Assembly (NCBI RefSeq): GCF_006345805.1
Contig: NC_043003.1
Span: forward strand, 93,744,001-93,808,000
Direction of reading: 5' to 3'
DNA from: Octopus sinensis
Lineage: Eukaryota
Length of the DNA stretch: 64,000 nucleotides
Below the pieces are notes generated by a model, which saw only the letters and a list, made by a program, of their open reading frames with translations, was not told where the DNA came from and did no database searches. Within the stretch, counting starts at the first letter, position 1, and the number at the start of each line of letters is the position of its first letter. Of the stretch, positions 12,120 through 26,150 are shown in pieces. The translations under genes were made by a program, and so were the position numbers.

Positions 12120-13400
12120 CACCTGTGAAAAGGCTGACATGGACATGAACATAAAGTTCACTATAGAACATCCCGACATCACTGGATCACTATCACAACT
12201 TGACTTCCAACTGAATATAATGGAAGAAGGGGAGATCCACAGCGAGTTCTACAGGAAAGTAGCCAGTAGAGATACGTTTGTCCAGTACAATTCAGCACTT
12301 CCACTCAGTGCCAAAATAGGATACGCCTGAAATGAACTTGCATGCATCCAGGGCAAGTGTTGGAGGATGGAGGACAAGGTGACCCACACTACACACTTCC
12401 TAGCTATATTGAAAACCAACGGGTACCCTAGATCCATTGGCTTAAGTACATAAGAACACATAGAAAACCCAGCAACATATGCTTCCTTAAAATACCCCAT
12501 TTTAGCAAGAGGATAACTACATCCATCCGAAGAGCCATAAGAAGAGAAGGGCTAGACATATAACTAGCCCACTCCGGCCCCTCTCTGAGAAGATACCTTG
12601 CAAAGAAATGAACAAGGGACAACAATCAATGCACACTAACAAACTGTCCCATCTGTGACACAGATTTATGCCAATGGGTAAATGTGTATAGAATGCAATG
12701 TAACAAATACAACAAGTTCTATGTGGGTAGCACAAGAAGACCATTACATGTCTGCATCAAAGAACATCCGAACACGAGGGCCTCTTCCTTCAGAAAACAT
12801 CTAGACAGATGCTGGAGCACCGACAAAAGCATAACAGTAACAATTGAGGCCAATGAAAGAAATTTGGGTAATTTAAGAGTTAAGGAAGCTATACTCATAC
12901 ATAGACTAGGGCCCGAAATTAACAACAGGCTGGAGGTTGGTAATTAATATATTATTTAGCTACATCAGATGCGTGTAGGTTCATTTTTGATAACATGCTC
13001 ATGTATTGTTTATAACAAAAAAAAAACAGAAAAAAGGAGAATGGGGAAAAAAAGGGAATCTGCACATATAACACATAACTTAGAAGCAGTGCTACGGATG
13101 TGCCAGCACACACGAGAATGAGACGTGGCTGACCTCATGCACTTCTTATGAGGAATTCTGGAAGGAGCTTCGTGAGACCACTGCTGAGACGCTTCCATAA
13201 AAAAGAGCTGTTGGAAAACCGATTATAGCAGCAACTCCATCAATTCCTAAGGCTATCTGAAGAAGGAATTTTTATTCCGAAATATCATATCAGACTATGG
13301 GTGATTAAATTACAACAGTTCTTATAGTCCATTGTTTGTATTATACTGCATTGTTGTGTCATTCAAAACATTTTATTCTTTACAAACAATACACAATGCT
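12120..13400 (+). mobile_element. Penelope-like element remnant (RT C-terminus + GIY-YIG + 3' tail)
   Basis: NIKFTIEHPD..SLSQLDF..FYRK (RT thumb); YRMQCNKYNKFYVGSTRRPLHVCIKEH (GIY-YIG); stops and frameshifts; hammerhead-like motif at 13251-13291. Confidence 0.85.
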
Positions 13401-14074
13401 TCAAGTGAACTACAATACTCTCCTGTAATTATAAATATTGGTTTCAAATTTTGGCACAGGGCCAGCAATTTTGGGGAAAAGGGATGAGTTGATTACATAA
13501 GCCCAAGTGTTCAACTGGTTCTTATTTTATCGACTCCAAAAGATGAAAGGTAAAGTCGACCTCAGCAGCATTTGATCTCAGAATGTAAAGATGGACAAAA
13601 TGCCACTAAGCAGTGTGCTAACGATTCTGCCAACACCTCACCTTAAGACACCAGCCTCTCTCCCATTCTCCCACTTTGTTGTTGAGGTTTTTTAATCTTG
13701 TGACTTAAAAGGCTACCCTGATGCTAGAGTCACAAAAAAGCATCCAGTACATTGTGAAGTGGTTGGTATCGGGTACGGAACCCAGTCATTGAAACCAAGC
13801 AACAACTGAAACACTGGAGCAAGATGTAGTCGTTGGACTAGTTGGAACCTGTTGAATCGTTCAACTCATATGAGCATGGAAAACAGACATAAGATGATGA
13901 CATGATGCTAATATTGATGGTAATAAATATAATATGTAATCAATAATGTGCATTTTTTATATGAAATCCAGGTTTCCACCATGGGACTGAACATAGCCTG
14001 GAAGGTTGCATATGTCCCAACTCCATTGCTAAATGAAATAGAAATTGTTAGATTGCTGATTTTGTGATATTTAC

Positions 14075-14160
14075 CTGTGTTTAAATGAATGACCAGCTAC
14101 ATTGTCTGTGAATGAACTAAACATAGTAATGTACTGCTTTTGGCTCCATTGCATCACAGT
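14075..14160 (-). CDS. GNPTAB: GNPTAB coding exon 2 (86 nt)
   Basis: ttctttccag|TVMQWSQKQYITMFSSFTDNVAGHSFKH(R)|gtaaat; resembles human [29 protein letters not shown]; phase 0 to 2. Confidence 0.92.
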
Positions 14161-14689
14161 CTGGAAAGAAAAGAAAGAAACTGGAATTAAATGTTGGACA
14201 CTTGTGATATTGGTTTGCGGGTAAGGTGCATCACGCTGCTTACCTCTCCATCTGCATGGATAACATATGGTCACTCTTGTCACAAAAAGAGAAAAACAAA
14301 TAATAGAAAATACAGGGTACAGCCATTATCATTGTCTTTATGAAGACTTTTTTTTCATATTTGCTTAGGTGAGAAGAGAGTATGCAGTCACTTGTGCAAT
14401 TTTGCCCCTATTATGTTCTAATGTTCCACAACCCCCATCACTTAGCAGTTCGGCAAAAAGAGACCGATAGAATAAGTACTGGGCTTACAAAGAATAAGTC
14501 CCGGGGTCGATTTGCTCGAATAAAGGTGGTGCTCCAGCATGGCTGCAGTCAAAATGACTGAAATAAGTAAAAGAGTAAAGAGTAACCCAACATTAGTTTT
14601 ACTCATGAGTGTCATGAAGTGTATTAGTTGTATAGTATCATTACATTTTAAGCTGTAATATTTCATTCTTTCTTTGCAGAGTGCTTCAG

Positions 14690-15720
14690 ATCTCCAGAAT
14701 TGTGAGATTTGCTTTATTATATTTTTTTTTATTGATGATTCTGGAGCTGATGTAGATTTTTACAAAAAGCAGATGCTAACACCATGCCAACCAAGGATCC
14801 CAGAGAATATTCTTTAATCTGGCTGCAACACAGTGACCTGCCTGGCATGATTGAATCTCCCCAGGATCACAGAAACATGCAAGTGTCCCTGCTGCCACCA
14901 CCATAATAACCATGTAGCAGTTCATGACATGGAAAACCTGTACCCTGAATGGAAAAAACTTCAAAATCATTGTGATCTCAATGTGATCAGAGAGATGAAA
15001 TGACAATATATGGAATGGATATTTGCACAAACAACGGGAAAGATTAAGGCTGAAAAAACATGAGAAAAAAAAAACAAAGCATTTATTATTAGTCAAAGAT
15101 AGTATCTGAGCAGACAAGAACAAATGCATTGAAGATTTGGCAGATGAAACTGCTACTGCAAATGACAACACTGAAAAACTTTATGATATCCTGAAGAAGC
15201 TGATACCTAACTAAAAAGAAACAAATGCTCTATTTGTGTCAATGAAGTTAACTTCACTATTGAAATGGATCTGTAACAGAACAGAATTCTTTTTAGAACT
15301 GCTCAACAGACCATTACCAGTAAACCATACAAAACACACAAGTGACTGAGTGAACCTGTCTATAAACTGTAAAGCATCAAATTTGGTTGAAATCCAGACA
15401 CCTATGTCTCTAGAGAACAAGAAAGCAGAAAAACCAGATGACAACTATGCAGAAACCATCAAAGTCAACCTTGAGGCCTCAACACATATGCTACAACTGA
15501 TCCTTCAGATATGGAACAAGGAAGAATTCCCTATCAACTGGAGAGATGGCTAACCTGTGCAGAAAAGAAAAACACCAGCAAATGTTAAAACTATGGTAGG
15601 ATAGTGCTGCTGTTAGTATCGGGGAAAGTTTTTAACTGAGACATTCTGGAGAGGCTTAAAGAAACACTGCATTCAGTCTACAAGAGCAACCAAAATTTTG
15701 CCAATTGGGTCATTTGTAGA
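14690..15720 (+). mobile_element. RTE-clade LINE remnant
   Basis: Degenerate KAEKPDDNYAETIK...QIWNKEEFPINWRDG...IVLLLVSGKVF..ILERLK, the RT N-terminal region. Confidence 0.7.
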
Positions 15721-16286
15721 GGAGATAGTTTCTTTGAGGATCAAAATTCAACAGTCTATAGGTTAGACTTTTTCCCTAAGACTATGTGATAATGAGGGCC
15801 TAGAATATTATACAGGTAAGTGACATTGTATAGAAATCATTTGAGAGAATGTTTTGCAGGGTTCTCAATGATGGAAGATTAGCAAACAATTTCATAGTAA
15901 AGTCTAGGGTCTAAAGTCTGCCAAGGTTGGCATTTACCCTTTGGTTGTTTTTGTTAGTGATTGATTGGATAATGAAGACCAAAACAATGGACAAGAGGAC
16001 CAGAAATCAGTGGAGGCACCTTGAGGATTTTGATTACACAGACGACCATGTTCTGCTGAATCCTTGTGTCAGAAATCTGTACTGCTGTATCACATTCTAT
16101 GCTTGATGCAAGAGAAGACATCCACTCTCCATGAAATATCTGCACAAATTAGCCTCTTCATTCACAGAAATAAGATCCTGATTTTGGGTTTATTTAGAAT
16201 AGCTTTTTTGCAATGCATTCTCGACATTTAAAACCCTCCCTCTTATAATAGCATGCATGCAGGCACTCACATACACATGTGTGCAT

Positions 16287-17319
16287 TATATATATACATA
16301 TACATAATATATATATACATATATATAATATATATATATATAATATATATATATATATACATATATACATATACATAATTTATATAAATATACATATACA
16401 TATATACATAATTTATATAAATATACATATACATATATACATATACATAATATATATAAATATACATATACATATATACATATACATAATATATATAAAT
16501 ATACATATACATATATACATAATATATATAAATATACATATACATAATATATATAAATATACATATATACATATATACATATACATAATATATATAAATA
16601 TACATATATACATATACATAATATATATAAATATACATATACATATACATAATATATATAAATATACATATACATATACATAATATATATAAATATACAT
16701 ATACATATACATAATATATATAAATATACATATACATATACATAATATATATAAATATACATATACATATACATAATATATATAAATATACATATACATA
16801 ATATATATAAATATACATATACATAATATATATAAATATACATATACATAATATATATAAATATACATATACATATATACATATACATAATATATATAAA
16901 TATACATATATACATAAATATACATATATACATATACATAATATATATAAATATACATATATACATAAATATACATATATACATATACATAATATATATA
17001 AATATACATATATACATAAATATACATATATACATATACATAATATATATAAATATACATATATACATATACATAATATATATAAATATACATATACATA
17101 ATATATATTATACATATACATAATATATATATACATATACATAATATATATATACATATACATAATATATATATACATATACATAATAATATATACATAT
17201 ACATAATATATATATATAAATATACATAATATATATATACATATACATAATATATATATATACATATAACATATATATATATATATACATATACAATAAT
17301 ATATATATATACATATAAC

Positions 17320-17350
<31 letters not shown>

Positions 17351-17546
17351 CTAATATATATATATAATAATATATATATACATATATATATATATACTAT
17401 ACATAATATATATATACATATACATAATATAATATACATATATATATATATAATATATATATACATAATATATATATATATATTAAATATACATAATATA
17501 TATATATATACATATACATAATATATATATATACATATACATAATA
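16287..17546. repeat. ~1.26-kb AT/AC-rich compound micro/minisatellite
   Basis: Tandem variants of atatacataatatatataaatatac...; source of the Y/I/M-rich pseudo-ORFs. Confidence 0.95.
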
Positions 17547-20339
17547 TGGTGGCTGCCCCCTCGTTATCAAGTATGGCCATTGCACAAAGCTTAATCAATG
17601 TTGTGATCGTTGGGAATAAAAACATGACAGTGGAGACACAGAAGGGGGACCAAATGAAAACAAACATGGAGGGTTGTTAGATCAGAATGAGAGGAAAATA
17701 GTGATGCGATGTGTGTGCGTGTGTGTGTGTGTATATGTGTAGCACGTATGAAACTACCGAATCCTTTTACTTGAAATGCACTCAAGAACATCAGGAAGAT
17801 ATATTCTCTTTTACTTGTTTCAGTCATTTGACTGTGGCCATGCTGGAGCACCACCTTTAGTCGAGCAAATTGACCCCAGGACTTATTCTTTGTAAGCCTA
17901 GTACTTATTCTATCAGTCTCTTTTGCCGAACCGCTAAGTTATGGGGACGTAAACACACCACCATCGGTTGTCAAGCAATGTTAATAAAATATAGAGAAAC
18001 ACACACACATATTCTTTTCTACACTAGGCCTGAAATTTTTAGGGAAGGTGGGGGGAGCTAGTCAATTAAATTTACCCCAGTATACAACTAGTACTTAATT
18101 TATCGACCCCGAAAGGATGAAAGGCCAAGTTGACCTCAGCGGAATTTGACATGCACATATATTACTGAACAGTTTCAAACTGAAGTCCATTAAAGAGAAG
18201 AATGACAAGATGTGACAGAAGCCATTTGAAAGGTTAACAAGGAGAGCAAACAAGGTTGCTTTATACACAAAATACATACAGTCAATAAACAATAACTGAT
18301 GATCATTTAAAGAAAATGTTTAATCGATAAACTCATAATGTTTAGATAAGAAAGTCATAGCTTCAGGGCAACACATGGAAAGTTGAATTGTGTGATACAG
18401 CTGAATTCTTTTATGTAAATTAGTCAGAGATGGCATGGTTGTAATATTTTGTAAGCCCCCCTACAGCAATTAGTTGAACATTTGCTGCTTTTATTTAACA
18501 TCTGTAGGTGAATATTTAAAATGAAAAATACACATGTACATACATATACACAACCATGTACAGAAATACAAACATCCATAAATGCATACACAATAACATA
18601 TATATTTGGCGTTAGGAAGGGCATCCAGCCTTAGAAACATTGCCGGATCAGACTGGGCCTGGTGCAGCCTTCTGGCTTCCCAGACCCCAGTTGAACCGTC
18701 CAACCCATGCTAGCATGGAAAGCAGATGCTAAATGATGATGATGATGATGATTTCTTTATTGCTCACAAGGGGCTAAACATAGACAGACAAAGGGATTAA
18801 GATGATTACATCGCCCCCAGTGTGTAACTGGTACTTAATTTATTGACCCCGAAAGGATGAAAGGTAAAGTCGACCTCGGCGGAATTTGAATTCACAACAT
18901 AGCGGCAGATGAAATACGGCTACACATTTCACCCGGCGTGCTAACGTTTCTGCCAGCTCGCCGCCTTCCATACACAATAACATATAGGATCCTTAGGCAG
19001 ATGCTATATGGTGATTTTGTTTGTGGAAAGCACCCCCAGCAAAAACCAAAACTATTATTTAAGGATTGTGCAAAGTCCTTGTTGAAAGCATAGGAAATAT
19101 GGGAAGTTATATGGGAAAGCAATGCTTGTCATGACCAACAGTGGAGTAAACACGTAGAGGAGAGAGTGTTTAATCCTTTTGAAGCCAAACTGCCTGAAAC
19201 TGCCCCCCCAGTACTGTGCTACAAACTTCTTGTTTGAAGTGTTTTAAATTAAAACCCACTGTTAAAATTTCATGTTAATTTATGTTCCAAACACAAGTTT
19301 AATAATGACATAACTATTTTACTAAATTCTTTGTTTCTGAAATTACTTGGAACAAGAGAAATATGGTAACAAAAGAATTAAAAGAAGAAGAAAAAAAAAA
19401 AACAAGCATTTTTTATGCAGAATTTAAGAGAGCTGCTAAAAATACTGCCAGTGTAGTGAATGGAAGAAGCTTGGTCTATGATATCTGCAGAGCTGGGCCC
19501 ATCAGTCACCAGTGGAGCCACAAGTGTAAAGTAGACAATATTTGTCTGAGTAAAGAGTGTTCTTAATGGTCAGAGATGGTCTTCCTCAGTCATTAGTGGA
19601 CAGTCATCATTCATTCATACACACACACAAACATGTATGACATTAGGAAGGGCATGCAACTGTAGAAACCATGTTAAATCAGATTGGAACCTGGCATGGA
19701 AAAAAGACGTATGATGATGACTATATATATATATATATATCAAAGTCAGGTGTGCATTGCATACCATTACTTACTAAATGAAAAAATGTATTGTAAATAA
19801 ACAACGACAGATAAAAAAAGGATACGAATACCGAGTGTACAACCAGATGAGAGACAGACACAGAAGGCCCCTAATTCTTCAATTATCAACCAAATGGTAA
19901 TACTCAGTTTTGCACCATTATTGATAAGACTGAGAACTTCCCATGTTGGTGGTGCCCATGAAAGCTGTGGAGAATGTATGGCCTCAAGCAAACAAAACAA
20001 AACAGAGTGGACATATGAAAGTAAAAAAATGTAATTTAAGATGATGGACAAAGAAGAATGAGCAAAATACAGCTACTTCGATTACTACTGCTATTGTTTC
20101 CTTATATCATCAATACTGTTGGCAAGATATACAAAACTACCCCTGTGGTAATCCTCCTATATCTATCTACACACACATACACATCAAACTTTTACAGAAG
20201 GGGTCTTTTAAGGTTCCAGACATCCTAATGATAGCCAAATATCTTCCAATACTTCCTTTCTCAGACTACTGAAATCAACTTCAGTCTTATTAGGTGACAA
20301 TATGACTTCAGAATATACTAAAAGCTACCTTTTACTTTT

Positions 20340-20752
20340 ACATAAAACAATGCACCATCCGTACGTGACCGATGCCAGCGCCGCCTTGACTGGCTTCCAT
20401 GCCGGTGGCACATAAAAAGCACCAACCAATCGTGGCCGTTGCCAGCCTACCCTGGCACCTAAAAACACCATCTGTATGTGGCCGATGCCAGTGCCACCTT
20501 GACTGGCTTCTGTGTCAGTGGCACATAAAAAGCACCAACCGATCGTGGCCGTTGCCAGCCTCCCCTGGCACGTAAAAAACACCCACTACACTCACGGAGT
20601 GGTTGGCGTTAGGAAGGGCATCCAGCTGTAGAAACACTGCCAGATCAGACTGGAGCCTAATGCAGCCTCCTGGCTTCCCAGACCTCAGTCAAACTGTCCA
20701 ACCCATGCTAGCAGGGAAAACGGACGTTAAAGGATGATGATGATGATGATGA
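20340..20752 (+). mobile_element. Family A retroposon with expanded internal repeats
   Basis: Four tandem ggcacRtaaaaagcacc-like units, then the family A core and (gat)n. Confidence 0.8.
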
Positions 20753-21363
20753 AAACAAAACCATAAAACATAAGGATAGTGTCATATCTATTTTCAGAAA
20801 ATGGTATTAATTTGATATCTCAAGCCTTAGGTTTCAATAACCACAAGTGTGTGCATACTGCACCCTTGGTTGAAAACTCCTACTTTATGTAATTACAAGT
20901 CTATAACAAGCTTTTAGTTCAAATCCACTTAGAAATGGGGAAAGGCTAATGAATATCTACCCTTAATAATTCGGGTTTGGTTCATAGATCAGAGACATTC
21001 ATTAACTTCAATTCTCTGGATTCAATTTCAGCATCTTCAAGCATGAGTAATATATATATATGTTCTTTAATTCTTTTACTTGTTTCAGTCATTTGACTGT
21101 GGTCATGCTGGAGCACCATCTTTTTATTCTATCGGTTTCTTTTGCCAAACAACTAATTTACAGAGATGTAAACATACCGACATCAGTTGTCAAATGATGG
21201 TGGTGGGGAGAACTTCACACAGGCACAAAGACACATACACATAAATATACATACATATATATGTGTGTATATATATATGTGTGTGTGTGTATATATATAT
21301 ATGTGTGTGTGTATATATATATGTGCGTATATATGTATATAAAAAATTAGAAAAAAAAACCAC

Positions 21364-21714
21364 CTTTTATCAATTCAAAATGAACAAATTACACCATCTA
21401 GAAAGTTACATATAATAGAAATATTAAAATTAAAATAACAATAAAATACCAATGATTAAGTAAATTGCAAAAAAAATAATAAAAACGTATATAATTGGTA
21501 GAATTGGCTATATTTAAGAAATGATTATAGTAAAAAAATTAATAGTAGTAGTAAAATCACATCAGGTTAACCTGATTTTTACCAATTATATACGTTTTTA
21601 TTATTTTTTTTGCAATTTACTTAATCATTGGTATTTTATTGTTATTTAAATTTTTCTATTATATGTAATTTTCTAGATGGTGTAATTTAATTGTTCATTT
21701 TGAATTGATAAAAG
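21364..21714. repeat. Long inverted repeat (~135-bp arms)
   Basis: 21364-21500 is the reverse complement of 21580-21714 with few mismatches/indels; the spacer contains the perfect palindrome atcaggttaacctgat (21561-21576). Confidence 0.92.
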
Positions 21715-22089
21715 ACTTGATTACCTGTGCAAGCATGGCATTGAACATTAAAAATGGTAGTAGTGACAGAAGTTGAGAAATACTCCCACACACAAACACA
21801 TATATGTACATGCAGGTATATATATATATACTTGTACAACACAAGTACTACTTTCGGAGTTTCTGTTGATTTGTACTTAATGATAGGCCAATGACCAATA
21901 CTCAGGTGAAACTGCAGATTTTATGAGGTGTATTCTAGAAGTTTTGAGCTTTTTCTTTTTAGGAGAATTAGTTGACTGTCCTAGATTATTATCATTACTA
22001 TACTTCTAATAAGCTGACATACTAACTTAGTTTTATTCTACATTAAACACGCTCTAGTAAACATTGCTTGTCATAGCTAACTTGTTTGC

Positions 22090-22470
22090 AGAATATACTA
22101 AACTTATGAAATGCTCCAGATTGTTCATGGGTTAATTTGTATAGGCTGAGCATCTGTTTTGCACTGGCATAAGAGGTTCAACAGGAGGTGAGAGAGTGTC
22201 AGAATATCAGAGCTGGTTGAGAAAATTCAAAATTTTCTGTATGAAGGTTATCATGTGTCAAGAAAGACAATAAGTATACAATTTGGAGTTGGTATGACAA
22301 CTGCATACAGCATTATTCATGAAGATCTGAACGTGTACAAAATCTATGCAAAGTTTGTTCCCAGGGTGCTCAGTGATAAACAGAAGGAAAGATGCATTGG
22401 TGATAGCAGGGCAATGGCTGAGCTCATTGCCTTCAGCCAAAGAGCGCTTGAGTCTGGTGACCTGTGAAGA
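22090..22470 (+). mobile_element. mariner transposase fragment
   Basis: IIHEDLNVYKIYAKFVPRVLSDKQKERC, containing a WVPR-like motif. Confidence 0.75.
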
Positions 22471-22692
22471 AAGTCTTATGGTGATGGAAGAGTGACAATG
22501 TATGCAAACCTAACCAGTTGAAAGCTACAACTTTTGGCGGTCACCTATGCTTCAAACCATGTAAATCTGCAGCAATACTGAATAGTCATCTGAGAGGTCT
22601 GAAAAGCCATAAATACCAATGACAATGAAACATAAAAAGATGGTAATCATCTATGATGATGGAGCAATCACTATGTGTTTGTGAGTGTGTGT

Positions 22693-22746
<54 letters not shown>

Positions 22747-22752
22747 CACATT

Positions 22753-23364
22753 TGGGACGAGGTGGTGAAGCACGACCTTTGAACTTTAGGTCTCATCAAG
22801 GAAATGACTAGAGACCGAGACCTATGGAAGTATGCTGTGTGTGAGAAGACCCGGCAGGACAAGTGAGACCATAACACATGGCCTCTACCTGGGATGTAGC
22901 CAGTCGACTTATGCATACCTTTCCTTCTTGGGACACAAAACTCCACTTGTGAAGACCTGTTGAGGCAAGTGGAAATTGGAACCAAAATCAAAGTCGATCA
23001 ACATCAATGGAAATTGCAGCTGTGATACCAGTGCCGGTGGCACGTAAGCGAACCATCCGATCGTGGCCATTGCCAGTGCCGCCCTGACTGGCATCCGTGC
23101 TGGTGGCACGTAAATAGCACCATCCGATCGTGGCCATTGCCAGCCTCGCCTGGCCATTTGCCAGCCTCGTCTGGCACCTGTGCCGGTGGCATGTAAAAAG
23201 CACCCACTACACTCACGGAGTGGTTGGCATTAGGAAGGGCATCCAGCCGTAGAAACATTGCCAGATCAGACTGGGCCTGGTGCAGCCTTCTGGCTTCCCA
23301 GACCCCAGTTGAACCGTCCAACCCATGCTAGCATGGAAGGCGGATGCTAAATGATGATGATGAT
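22753..23364 (+). mobile_element. RTE LINE 3' end continuous with family A 3'UTR
   Basis: WDEVVKHDL*TLGLIKEMTRDRDLWKYAV (RTE C-terminus) runs directly into the family A repeats, core and (gat)n tail. Confidence 0.75.
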
Positions 23365-23808
23365 TTGGTAAAACCAAAACATGAGTATATATACTGTTTC
23401 CAATTTAATCAGCAGACATTACAAAATGACTCATTGGCCAAAATTTGTTAAGTGCCAAGCACAAAATTCTCAACTCTTGAATCAATTAAGTCTAGAGCTG
23501 TTGAGGTCATGACAACGCCTCTAATGTTGGTATGAAAATAAACTGCATCCAGTACACACTGTAAAGAGGTTGGTTACAGAAAGAGCTTCCAGTCATAGAA
23601 ACTAAGCAAAATGAAACTCAATCAATCTATCTACCTGTATACACAGAGAGAGAAATGTGTGAGAATGTTGTTTCTAATCTAATCCAATAGTTTTGGCATC
23701 AATCTTAATCTTAGGCTGCCATGTTAGTTTATTGAGCCCAGAGACAAGACAAGAGGACTTTGGCAGGATCTGAACTATGAATGAAAAGAATTGGAACAAG
23801 TAGCTTAA

Positions 23809-24028
23809 CCCTTTTGTTACCTTATTTCTTTTGAGATATTGTGTTTCTTTCAATTAATTTTGGATATAACAAAGAATTTAGTAAAATAACTTAGTTATCA
23901 TTAAGCTAATATTAGGAACATAAATTGTGATTAAGGTTTGGTGGAAAATTTTAATTCAAAACTTATGAAAACAAGACATTTGTACTACAGAGCCAGAGGC
24001 GGTTTCAGGCGGGTTGATATCGAAAGAG
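23809..24028. mobile_element. TTAA-flanked piggyBac-type MITE
   Basis: ttaa|cccttttgttacc ... gatatcgaaagag|ttaa. Confidence 0.7.
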
Positions 24029-25888
24029 TTAAGGCTATTTTTTCTTTCTTTCTTTTTCAACACTCGAACAATTCTCCCAGCTTGAAACTGTCATCTAGAA
24101 AATATACACCCTCTTAATAGATGAGTAATCTAATCCTTAGATTAAAGTGAGAAAATATGTTTGATCCGCCATCTATGAAGGTAATAACTCTAAGTAAGAA
24201 CTGAGTCATGACAACTTGTCATCCCATGTTAGCAATAGAAAGAAATGATGATGCATATATTTGTTGATTATCTTGATAAGGCATTCATTAAACAATAGGA
24301 AAAGATTTAATGTAAACAAAATGATAATGTTTTACAAACAATAGATAAAAAGAAGAAAAGTAATCTTCATTACATGAAGAAGTCAAGAAGCAAATTAAAA
24401 CAGAAAAAAAAACCTATCTCTCTGTCTCCCAGACACACACAAGATTAGCATCAGGGGTTAGTGAGAAAGGGACAGACAAAGTGGAAAGGTGTTCAGATGG
24501 GTTGTATAATGGTAGTGGTGGGGATCCAAGGCTAGTCTACATTTTAGGAGCAAATATGGCAAAAAGTATGAGAGAAAGAAAGGAAGAAATAAACAAGGTG
24601 TTAAGGAATCTGGAGGGTCATTGAAGGAAAAAGAGATGTGGGAAAGGTTGTGAGAGTATGCTGGAATGGGTGTTGAAAAGGTGAAGAAGCTGTAGGAAGA
24701 ATGAAAGAAAAATTAAGCAGAAGGTGAGGGAGCAGTGGGTGAATGAAGTGAAAACAATGAAGAAAAGAGAAGCTGAAGGGTATAATAGAAGTAAGGGGGA
24801 AGAACAGAGTGTGAATGAGGAGAAAGTTTCTGGATAAAGAGGTTGTGGAGAGAGGGAGTGGCTGGTGAATGCAACAGGAGCAGTGGAGTGAAAGAAAGGC
24901 TGGAAGGTGCCCTAGAGTTGTAAGGATAGGTAGTGAGATAAAGGAAAGAGTAGGGATTGTGTAGTAATAAATTGACCCTGGAGATGGGCCAGTAGGTAGT
25001 ATTGTTGGATGTGTATGACCAGATGAAGCTAGAGTGTACAGGGTAACTGGGAGTGAGAGTGGTCCAGTGCAGCATCTTATATACTTATATATGTGTGGTC
25101 CTAGAAAAGAGAGCAGAGTGAAGTGGATGATGAAAAAGAAGTCTACCCTGGGAGTGGAGAAAGGGGGAGGGGTTATGAGTGATGAAAAGATAATAGTCAT
25201 AGAGGAGGAAGAGTGAGGATTCTAAGAGAAAAAAGAGAAGTATGCAAGGTGTGCTAGAAGGAGATAACATAAGACTATGTTGACTGGCAACATATTGATA
25301 GGAGAAGACCTATCTACCTGTTCAGGTATGGTGAAATGGATGTTCCCTAACACTCCTATCATTTTCCCTTATATCACACATTCATCTTTCATTTACCTAT
25401 CTTCATATCCTACAAGCACTACATCTTAAGCACTCTACCCTTTATAATTCATGCTTCTAGTGCTCATCTCTAAATCACACTCCTTTTCTCACTCTCAGTG
25501 ACACTCAGGATAGCTGAAAGTATGTATTTGAGATTAAGGATGATAGGGTGTAAGTGTGCAAACATGAACACATAAATGTTGTACACATCATTATTTTAAA
25601 CTCAGCAGTTCAAATGCAAAAACTGCTTTAACTTCATTCAGCCTGATATGCTTCTGCATAAATCAGCAAATGTTTTGTTTGCTCATTCCTATATACTGAC
25701 AGAAGTTTTTAGCTCACTCCAGTTGACTGATAAGTTGTTTGCCACTGAGGAAACAAATAAAACTGAAACATTAGTAGCTGAAAGTCTGTTGACATTATTT
25801 GGAACAGGTGGTTTTAACGCAAAATCTTGAAAAAGTTCCCCAAGGCTAAATCCCATAATGAATGTTGTTCCACGTTTGTATGTACATA

Positions 25889-26150
25889 ATCATCATCATC
25901 ATCATTTAGCGTCCACTTTCCATGCTAGCATGGGTTGGACGGTTCAACTGGGGTCTGGGAAGCCAGAAGGCTGCACCAGGCCCAGTTTGATCTGGCAATG
26001 TTTCTACGGCTGGATGCCAACCACATTGTGAGTGTAGTGGGTGGTTTTTACGTGTCACTGGCACAGGTGCCAGATGGGGCTGGCAAACAGCCACGGTCGG
26101 ATGGTGCTTTTTATGTGCCACCGGCACAAGGGCCAGACGAGGCTGGCAAC
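25889..26150 (-). mobile_element. Family A retroposon
   Basis: (cat)n followed by the reverse-complement core. Confidence 0.8.

Noticed and set aside
16267-17667. 466-aa and overlapping Y/I/M/C-rich ORFs
   Set aside because: Translation of an AT/AC tandem array; no protein-like content.
24601-25200. 199-aa F/L/P/H/S-rich ORF
   Set aside because: Explained by pyrimidine skew; no recognisable domain or splice support.
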